DNA from: Camelus dromedarius
Lineage: Eukaryota
Reading direction: 5' to 3'
NCBI RefSeq assembly: GCF_036321535.1
Contig: NC_087472.1
Coordinates: 100,008,001-100,072,000 of the forward strand
DNA: 64,000 nt
The stretch's first letter is position 1, and the number at the start of each line of letters is the position of its first letter. The notes under the pieces are model-generated. The model did no database searches, was not told where the DNA came from, and saw only the letters and a list, made by a program, of their open reading frames with translations. The position numbers and the translations under genes were made by a program. Shown here piece after piece: positions 54,824 to 64,000 of the stretch.

Positions 54824-55737
54824 GCTGGATAAATATGTCATTGTGCTGAAATGAAAGCAGACTATTGATCTGTTTTTTCCTGAAGACCCTGTTCCTTGAA
54901 GCCTTGGTGACAGGTTAGAGACCAAGGAGATGAGTTAAGTGGTCCACACTCAAGTAGCCTAGAATGTGACTAGGGTTGGATTCTTCATGGTAGGAAGACT
55001 GTTCATTTCACCTGTGTCTCTAGGAGTGATACTGAACTTCTTCTCATCAGGAGACTAGATTGTAGCATGGTAGGCAAATTCTTATCCTTTTAAAACAGTT
55101 TTACCAAAGGTTATTCTGGATCTCTGTAGGGCAAAGCAAGATGGTATTTAACCTTCCTAGATTACTACTCACTTGCTCATTTATCCTGCTGCATGATCCT
55201 GGGAACTACTTTGTGGCAGGGAGATAAATACACTCATTTCCCCTGTCATCACCTTTCCTCAAGTTTGATTATTTGGCCCAAAACAATTAGATATGGAATT
55301 GACAGAAATCACGTACAGTGTTTAATTTATAGTGAGTCATTAAGGAGATTTATGTAAAGTGTGTTCAAGAGAGTTTATTTTAAGTTCTTTTGGCTTCTGA
55401 TAATACGTAATTAAGAGTTACTTACCACGCATCCATCCATAGGTTTGATCATGTAAGGAGTTTGTCAAGCACTCACCCAAGTCCATAAATCAGGGGAACA
55501 CTTGTGATGGGTTTCATGCTTTATCTATTTTCCAAGTGCTCTACCGTGCCTGAGGCCACTGACACTGATGAAGACCCCACTTGAGGGAGCAGCTACAGTC
55601 CATGTGCATAAAAAGGAAGTGTTAATTGGTACATATGGGAAAATGTAATACTTGAGGGATTCAGATGCAGACTGAAAAGACCTAGGGAAAACCACCGTAT
55701 CTTCTCTGCACATCCCTCCACTTAAAAATATGTTTAA

Positions 55738-55922
55738 GTGGTACAAACTGCCAGCTGTAAAATAAATAAGTCACAGGGATGTAATGTACAGCACTAGGAA
55801 TATACCCAGTGATATTTTAATAACTTTTTATGCTATGTAATGTGTAAAAATATTGAATCACTATGCTGTACACCTGAAACTAATACAATATTGTAAGTCA
55901 ACTATAATCCAGTTTTAAAAAA
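55738..55922 (+). mobile_element. Short L1 3' end (L1MA9/artiodactyl-type)
   Basis: ggtacaaactgccagctgtaaaataaataagtcacagggatgtaatgtacagca..gctgtacacctgaaactaata..gtcaactata. Confidence 0.85.
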
Positions 55923-56338
55923 TACATGTTCTGGTTAATTTTGCTACATAACAAACCAGTCCAAATTTGGTAGCGTGAAAAAGCAATCTTCTTATGCCCA
56001 TGGATTTGCTTATTTATATACATTCCCCACCCACACCAAGTGATTTCCTGTGACTACTTTGATGCCTAAGAAAGTCAGATTTAAATACCAAGAAATATTA
56101 GTGGTTTTCTTATAAATAAAGGACGTATAGGCAAGCAACTTAATGACATATGCCAGCAATGGCTTCTGCTCTGTTTCTAAGCAGCTTGTGTTTGCCAGAT
56201 AACACTAGCACTCAGCTTAGGAAAAAAAAAAAAACTATTGACTTTGCCATACCTGATAAATATTTAAAATGCTAGTATGTCTAATAAATGGATGGGAGGA
56301 ACACTTCCTAATGGTTGTTATCCTTCCCCCCGCCCCAG

Positions 56339-56419
56339 GTACCACTGAAAGAAAACATGAAATTAAAAAGATACCTCCTGAAAGACCAGAAACGCTTCCA
56401 AACAGAACAGAAGAGAAAG
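56339..56419 (+). CDS. SH3KBP1: SH3KBP1 coding exon (81 nt; about exon 11)
   Basis: Acceptor tccttccccccgccccAG, donor AAG|GTATGA. Translates (G)[26 protein letters not shown] plus 1 nt. Phase 1-1. Confidence 0.96.
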
Positions 56420-59090
56420 GTATGAAATCAAGTCTTCGCTGACACTTACGGAACAGCAGGAGACAAAGCTGTCTGTTACAGGGCTCATCCGGATTACCCA
56501 CAGAATTTGCTTTTTCTTTGGAATATGAAGATTATGGTTTTGTTTTGATTGCTTTTTAATTTCCTGTTTCCAAGGCAATAAGAGAGAGAGTTATGTGGTG
56601 CTTCTTTGGGCCAGAATTTCTCATCAAATGAAAAACAACCAGCCCAGTCACAAAACACCTTGGGGCTCTTCCATCCCAATCTTCCTGCATCATTGTCGTC
56701 CCCACACTAGCAGCATCCCGAAGTCGGGATGCCAGCTGTAAGTTCCTAGAGGGCCCAGATGTATCTGCTGTGGTTTCCATCCGGCTTGGTGCCCCAGGTG
56801 CTCATTAACTGGTGATGGGTGGATGTGGCTTAGAGAAATTCCCATCCAGACAAATGAAAACGGTCAGTCTCTGCTGGGTCTTGGACTCTGGCTACTATAT
56901 TACAGAGACATGTCCTTGGTCAGGAATGTTGAGGGAGGGGTGGCATGGCAAAACTGGGAGAAGCAGCCCAGTGCCCACAGTTCCCTTAAGGGGGTCAAAG
57001 ATGTCATCTTCAAGGAAGTACCTTAACCTGTATCACACAGTCAGTTTTATGAATGCGTTTGACTCCCACGGTCTGAGTGTTCCTCCCAAAGAAATCTGTA
57101 TGCTGTGAGAGGACTTGTTTTATTAGGTGTCTAAGGTTTGATTGATCACACATTTTATGGTAAAACTGTGATGTTATTATTATGAACAGGAGGCAGAGCA
57201 AATTCCATTTTAAAAAGCAGTTATTTGTGAGTCACAAGAGAAATGCTGAATTAATTAATGAAATTCTTTGGAGGTGCTCCTAGGTGGCCTCATGAAATTT
57301 TAGTGTGAAATTTAATATTTTATATCAGCCTGCCAAAAGTTTGACCAACATGGTGAGTTCTTAAGAAATTGTACTTCTGTCTCTCACAGTGAACAGTTAA
57401 ACCTTGAGTTGTGGCACCTCATTGTCAAGGCCAGGTCTATGTCACAGACCACTGAGAAAAGAGCTCTAAGTGTGTACTGTACAAATAGTTCTTTGGTAAA
57501 AGTATGCGTCATGACATAACCAAACAGTGCCCCTGTCCTCACAGAGGACACCTGGCTGGTTTTTGGCTCCTAGCCAGGCTCTGTGCTGAGGACACTGCCT
57601 GCTCTGCTCCGTGCTGACTAGCATATGGACTCAGCTTACGTGTGAACAACCACCCCAGTTGGCTGGCCAAGTGGCTGCACGCTTCTGATTCTTTCCCCTC
57701 CCATGATGCCTTGTTCTGCACCACAGTGGGTCAGGAAGGCAGAAGCCTGGGCAAAAGCACCAGGGAAACCAGTGAACCCACCCCACCTTGAGAATTGGCC
57801 TCCCTAGTAGGTGGGCACAAACCCGCTCTCCCATTCATTCTGCCAGCTGCTAGAGCTCCCGTCCCATCCCAGCCGTAGGAATCTCCCCTTCTTTGTATTT
57901 CAGCCGGGCCCTTCCTCCTCTGGCCCCTTCTCTGGTCCTTGTGGACCAGTAGAAGACTTCCCAGCATTCCTGGATGGAGCAACTTCCCCTGCTGGAAGAT
58001 TGTGGGGGAGGAACACAGTGATATCTGTATAATCCCTGATAGACTTCTTGAAGCTTTGCCAATCGGCCTGGTCACCCAGACAACATGAGTTTGTGTTTGC
58101 AAGGAAAATGTGTTCAGAGTCCCACCTTCCCAGTGAACACAGGAAAGCTGCCCGTCTTGCAGTAGGTGACTCTCTGAAGTTCTGTCCTTAGAAAGAAGCA
58201 CATGGATCTGTGCTTTTTATACCACATGCAGAGCAAGGCTAATTGGGGACAGAAACCATGAAGCTGCCACCAAATGCTGCTCAGTTTGGCCACCAGATCT
58301 GGCTTTAACTTCATTCAAATAGCTCTTACTCCAAAACCACTTGGAAACCAAATACCTGTGAATTTCCAGTTTACCTTCCAAGGTTAAACTGTGCACAGAA
58401 GACTCCAGAACTAGTTGTTATTCCCTGAAATGCTCCCGCTCTTGTGAAGCTAACGGTGCTTTACTCAGGCCAACCTGGGACAAGTCAGGCCTCTTTCCTC
58501 CCTACACCCAGCAGGTCCCAAGGGTCACTGACCAAACCCATCAGCCATGGACGGAGCGCTTGCTCTGTGCGGGGCACCACGCAGGTTCTAGGGAAATGAC
58601 CAAACGTGGGCCCTACTCTTGGGGGCTGACAGCCTGCAGACCATGCCAAGCATGCAGATGCCCAGAAAGTCCTCGAGTGGAGCCTGTTTATAAAGAGCTG
58701 TCCTTTGCGGCTCAGGAGAAGAAGTAGGAAAGTCCACCTCTGAGGGTGGCTCCAGCTGTTGAGAAGGGAACATGACGGTGTCATGTTTCAGCCAGGCCTG
58801 GTGAGTAGGCCTGATGAAGTGTGAGTAGGAGTTTTCCAAGGTTGGCCAGTGGCCGGAAGGGCCCTCAGGCAGAGGGACCAGCCTGAACACGGGCGCACAG
58901 TGGGCTGCGGCTCCGTAGGGCTTCCTAACCTGACAGAGAAGAGATGACGCTCTTCACCGCCCATCCTCACCCTGGCAGGTGGCATCAGGGTTTTTTTTTT
59001 AAGCGGGGAACAAGCAGTCTTCACTGTGGTACTGTCACTTACACTAGATCTACCTGTCTTCTTTATGCTTCTTTGAACAATGACTTAAAG

Positions 59091-59250
59091 AAAGACCAGA
59101 GAGAGAGCCAAAACTGGATTTGCAGAAGCCTTCTGTTCCTGCCATCCCGCCTAAAAAGCCGCGGCCACCCAAGACCAACTCTCTCAGCAGACCAGGCGCG
59201 CTGCCCCCGAGGAGGCCAGAACGACCGGTGGGTCCCCTGACCCACACCAG
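59091..59250 (+). CDS. SH3KBP1: SH3KBP1 coding exon (160 nt; about exon 12), proline-rich region
   Basis: Acceptor gacttaaAG, donor CAG|GTACTG. Translates (E)[52 protein letters not shown] plus 2 nt; includes the PxxxPR motif PPKKPR. Phase 1-2. Confidence 0.96.
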
Positions 59251-60324
59251 GTACTGCTCCACTCTTGATGCTGAGGGCAGGGGTGGGGTGAGGCAGGGCA
59301 GCGATGGGACACAGGACTCCAGCCACTTGGGTCCTTGTTCCTGTGCTCAGGCAAAAGTGGGTGCGAGGCTGGGAGGTGCAGCGTGGGTTTCAGGATTAGC
59401 AGATGAGAAGCCAGGTCCCAGCACCTAGGCCCTTCTCACCCATGCGGATTTCCCCCGTGTTTCCTTAGAGCAAGGCCAGCTGCCATTCAGACTGGAAGTG
59501 CAGAGGGCATGCCCGCCTGCATCCCTGGATGTCCTGCTGGTCTCGGGTTTGTGCGTCTCACTGGCAGCTCCGTCCCCTGACCCTCTCCCTACTCTAGGGT
59601 GCCTCCCTCCATACTCCCAGGCTCCCCTGCCCCTGCCTGCACAGCCCTGTGTGAAATCCAGAGCCCATCTGGCAAATATCATCTTATCATGGCTCTGAAC
59701 TATGAGACCCTCAACGGCCAGGGGCATGCTTTGTACAAGCACGAGTGCCGAGATGGGCCTGACAAAAACTCAAATTCTTTCACTAGGTGGCTGGACACAT
59801 GCATTAGGAATGGACTCAGACATTGTGCCTTCCAGAACTGAGATGCATATCACAAAGTGTTGCCTTCTCTCGACAAGTCCATTGCTAGAACTTTCTACAT
59901 TACGTGTATATTATATGAGTTGATGTAATATATACCAGAGCAAGGTGATGGTCTAGAGGTCTTTACATGGACCTGTCAACACACACTCACCGGATTTTTG
60001 TTCTCTTGAGCTAAGTCTGAGTGGTGAGAATCTCTTGGGGCTTCAGAGCCCTCATTGTTGGAGTCAGGCAGGCTTCCGGGCTCCCGTCTCACCCCACCTC
60101 ATAGGAGGAGGGAGAGCCTCAGCCGTCCTGCCACCTGACCTCACCTCCCCCATCTGTAGGCTGAGGATGATCATGGAATGTGTCTGAAAGGATGGGAAGG
60201 ATATAATTCCCAAGTAGGTAGCCCCATGCTTGCAAATCAACTTTACTTTTATTGTCATTTGTATTATTGTGAATCAAACTGGGTATACTGGAGTAAAACA
60301 AAAATAGCTCATTTACTTTTCAGA

Positions 60325-60678
60325 AAAAAAATTTAAGTTGTGGTAAAGTACAGGGTAAAATTTACCATCATAACCATTCGTAAGTTTACAGTTCAGTGAC
60401 TTGAAATACGTTCACACTGTTGTGCCACTATCACCGCCGTCCATCCACAGAACTCTTCATTTGGCAAAACAAGAACTCTGCATCCCTTAAGCAGTAACTC
60501 CCTCTTCCACCTTCTCCCAGCCCCTGGCAACCACCTTTCTGCTTTCTGTCTCTAGGAAGTTGACTGCTCTCCATGCCTCATGTCAGTGCAGTCATATACT
60601 ATTTGTGACTGGTTTATTTCACTTAGCCTGATGTCCCCAAGGTTCGTCCATGTCGGAGCATGATTCATTTCCTCTTAA
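60325..60678 (-). mobile_element. L1MB-like 3' UTR
   Basis: taaaatttaccatcataaccatt..tacagttcagtg..cccagcccctggcaaccacc..tgactggtttatttcacttagc; same family as 2353-3632. Confidence 0.85.
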
Positions 60679-60719
60679 TACTAACTACTACTCCAACAAC
60701 ACCCACCTACCCAAATCTA

Positions 60720-61560
60720 GCGGCAGGCAGTCGTGTGAGTGGTTGTGAGATGTTCGAATCTCAGCCAGCCGTGCTGGACGCACATGAGCCTGCGTGCGGA
60801 AGGCCGGCTGCCCGGCCAAGCACACAGCCGCCGTCATCTCAGATGTGTGGGAGCCCACTGGAGGAGCGGCTGGCTTACCTGGGTCGTTCTGCAGATATCT
60901 CCCCAGGTCCAATCAAATGACGGCCCCCAGAGACACTGATGGGACCAGGGCCACTGTTGAGTTGGTTGGGCTCCTACAGGTTGTGACTTCTGCTGCTGAC
61001 TGGCATGTGCACGATGGGGCCACTTGATAGCCCAAATGACATTAGCAAGGGCCACCCCAGTAGCATAGTTGGCCCAGAAGCTCTCTCTTTAGAAGGAAAA
61101 GGTTATATCAACCTAGGTGCTTCAGAAGAAAATACGAGCTCCACACGCAGGGAGAACGGAGCAGCAGAGGGCGCGCGTCACCTGGTGGCGGGTGAAAGGA
61201 GCACTGAAACCGCGCTCTGCCGAGTGCTTATAGTCTTCCAGGGGCCGCAGTCACGTCGGTGAAGTCAACAACAATTTCCAGAATATTTCTGCTGCTCTCT
61301 CTAATAATATGATCTGAAGAGAAGTGCAATTCCAATGGCTTCTTCACCTTCGAAGGTTACTCTCAACTGTCTCGTTATGAGATAGGTGCAGGCTTTGCGA
61401 GCCATCGATTAGCCCTGCACCGACGCAGGGAGCGAATGGTAACGGCCGACCCTCTGGGTTCACAGAGGCCCCGTTTACCTCCCGCCTCTGCCTAGCTCTT
61501 CCCTGCCTCCGGCTCACCCAACATCCAGTTGTCTATTTGAAGTCCGAGCCACCGAGAAAG
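60720..61560. promoter_or_regulatory. CpG-enriched intronic segment (weak CpG island)
   Basis: About 42 CpGs in about 840 bp by hand count, well above the window background; no repeat recognised. Confidence 0.45.
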
Positions 61561-61852
61561 ATGCACAGGAAATGTTCATACAGAAGCCAGTGGGAAGCGT
61601 AGCTGTTCTTCACATTGTGTGTGACATCTGAGCAGCCTGGGAGAGGCCCCCGACCTCCCACTCTGCCTGCGGCTGCCCCACCTCCAAGGCACTGGTTTAC
61701 AGAAAGGAGAGAGCAGAGGAAAGCCCCACGCTTCCTTCCTGACGATCCTAGAAAGTGCCAGACCTGGGCAAGGCTGGGAGCGCTTGGGAAGCAGCAACCT
61801 TCTCTGGCCGTTTGCTCAGCCAGTTGAAAGGAGGACAGTGCTCGCTCCAACT

Positions 61853-62030
61853 CAGTGGTTCTCCAACCTGCGGGTGCATCAGAGTCACCCGGAGAATTTG
61901 TTTGCGCACCTTGCTGGGCCCCGCCCCCAGGGTTGCTGATTCCGTTGGTCTAGGATTTACATCTCTAATAAGCTTTCAGGTGATGGCGCAACGGCTGGCC
62001 TCCATCCATGTTGTGGGAACCCCAGGTCTG
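61853..62030 (+). mobile_element. MER5A-like MITE
   Basis: cagtggttctccaacct..gcatcagagtcacccggag..tgctgggccccgcccccag..tctaataag..caggtgatg. Confidence 0.8.
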
Positions 62031-62984
62031 GATTCTCCTGGGTTTGCAATAGTGCCTCCCTCCTTCCCTGGCTGCCTCTTGTACACCTGTTCATGCTCCC
62101 TGACTTCAGAGCCCAGTTAGCATGCCCCTCTTCTGGAAGCCTTTTCTTACCACTCACGATTGCTCTCTCCTCCAAATGCCTGACACCCCATGTTTAGCCT
62201 GGTGCAGGGCCCCAGGCTTTGCCACTTGGGTTGCTCACACCCCCGGACTCCTTTACCAGATTTAAAGCAGATCAGGAGTGTGTTTTGTCATCTCCACATG
62301 CTTTATGGGGTTGAGCATATGGTAGTGGCTCATTTAATACACTTGTTGAATGCCATGGTTCCTCAAAGGCGGGGAGGTGTCAGGGCTTACATTTTGTTCA
62401 CTTTTGCTCTGCTGTCATCCTTCCCAGCCCCTGTACAAGCTCTGTAGTGTGTGTGTCTTATGTTCTAAGTCACCTAGTGTGCCATAGATTTCAACATGAA
62501 ACAACTTAAGATCAAAGAAAGACTTACTGTTTCTTAGTATCTCGTGCCCTTCATAATTTTTGCTGAGCAGTTACATTGAACAACCAACCCATATATTGGT
62601 TTATGAACTTGTTTCATTCTGTCAAATTAGTTGAGGTAGGAATGTTAACGTCGGTCACACAGTTTTGTGTCACTGGTGCCCTGGAGAAGGGGTATTGTCT
62701 GCTGTGCCAACCCAAATCGTCACCAGGATTTACCTGACTGGATGGGTAGATGGACGGATGGTTGAACACATGGACACACAGTCACTGTTTGCTATTCTTG
62801 TTGGGAACAAGGCATTGCCGCTCCAGCTGCAGTGTCTGGGCTCAAACTTCCTCTCGCCAGCCAGAAAGCTCGCTGCCAAGTGTGGCTTCCAGAAGAGATC
62901 CATTTCTTTCTATTTAAACAGGAGCTAGCATCTTTTAGAAAAAGGGATACAGAAGTTTAGGAAGAGAGGAGTCATTTTTAGATG

Positions 62985-63255
62985 AGTTTATTTAACAAAA
63001 ATGGATTGAGGGACTACTGTGTACCAGGCACTGTTCTGGATCTTAGTAACGGTGGGGCTCAGTCACTGCAGATCACGGCCTTCAGGAATCGCGCTCATGT
63101 CTACGGGCACTAGACCACCGGTGTGATTTTGTGTCCATCTCAGCAAGCAGCGGTCATTAACACACTTACTTCCAGACAGTAAATAGGGGTAGAATTTTAA
63201 CAGGAAAAAAAGACTTTAAAAAAATTAATACAGAGTCAATTGAAAAACTGAATGA
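62985..63255 (-). mobile_element. L2 3' fragment
   Basis: tatttaacaaaa..attgagggactactgtgtaccaggcactgttctgg. Confidence 0.6.
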
Positions 63256-64000
63256 TGATAGGAGATTCCTCTGGGTCAGAAGTGCCTCTTCTGTTTGAAA
63301 TTCCATGCCTTGAGGCTGCGTCAGTTACCATCTCACAGTGTGAAGACAGGGTTGGCCCATCTCATCCAGCCCATGACATAACTAAGGTAGTTGTGGTACA
63401 AAGAGCATTCTGTGTGCCCCTGTCTTCACACTTGAGAAGGTGGAGTTTCAAAAGTATAGAGCTTACTCATTTGTTTTGATATTTGATCATAACAGAAAAA
63501 TCCAAGGAAAAGCTGAAGAGAAGGAGGTTGTCCTGAGCTCTAGCGATTTGCCTGCAGTGGGAGGCAGCGAGCCAGAAACCTGAGGGGCAGAACAGGTGTG
63601 TGCCTTCAAAAGAAAATAAACCCAACAGGGAAAGAGGTAGAAGCAGGCTGGTTAGACCAGAAAAGGTTTGTTAATTCTCCCAAACCCAGACACCCCAAGT
63701 TGTAATAATTTTTTGTTTTATTCACAAAGAGCAGGCAAGCTGGGAGCAGGACCTCTGGTCCCAGTTGCGAGGGAGCTGTGCCCATTGTCGGCCATAGCAC
63801 AAAGCAGCCAGTGCTCTCTGAGTGGAGGGGCAGGTGACTGGCAGGGTGGGGATGGGTGGGGCTGGTGGTGGGGGGTGGTGGGGAGTTGAGTGATAGAGGG
63901 TCTGAGATGGAGGAGAAGGAAGTGAAGCTAAAAGAAGTAAGAGGAGGTGAAGTGAGCAAGGCTGGAGTGGGAGCAGGAAGTGGGAGAAGTCAATGGCCAG

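Noticed and set aside
60700..61500. Processed pseudogene or endogenous viral fragment as the cause of the CpG-rich block
   Set aside because: The frames I inspected gave no recognisable protein, poly(A) tail or TSD; a BLASTX/Dfam search is needed to exclude it fully.

Overview
Mammalian genomic DNA, almost all intronic. The window lies inside SH3KBP1 (CIN85/Ruk; X-linked in placental mammals), transcribed on the + strand. Six internal coding exons (76, 95, 108, 52, 81 and 160 nt, all GT-AG) splice into one stop-free frame. It encodes the SH3B-SH3C linker end, the whole third SH3 domain and the proline-rich region (about exons 7-12 in human numbering, from memory). Neither end of the gene is in the window. 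Two tRNA-Ala-type SINEs and young L1s point to a camelid (camel/alpaca/llama lineage); this is an inference. The introns carry L1 of several ages, MIR, L2, hAT/Tigger MITEs and MaLR LTRs. Repeat family names come from recalled consensus sequences, not a search, and old-repeat boundaries are approximate. Most ORF-track entries are chance ORFs or L1 ORF2 remnants. I found no convincing novel biological system. The best leads concern RNA processing and regulation: a 58-codon in-frame read-through past a weak donor, a CpG-rich intragenic island, a donor re-formed at an exon junction, inverted repeats around a stop-free 171-nt exon pair, and a MER53 hairpin.
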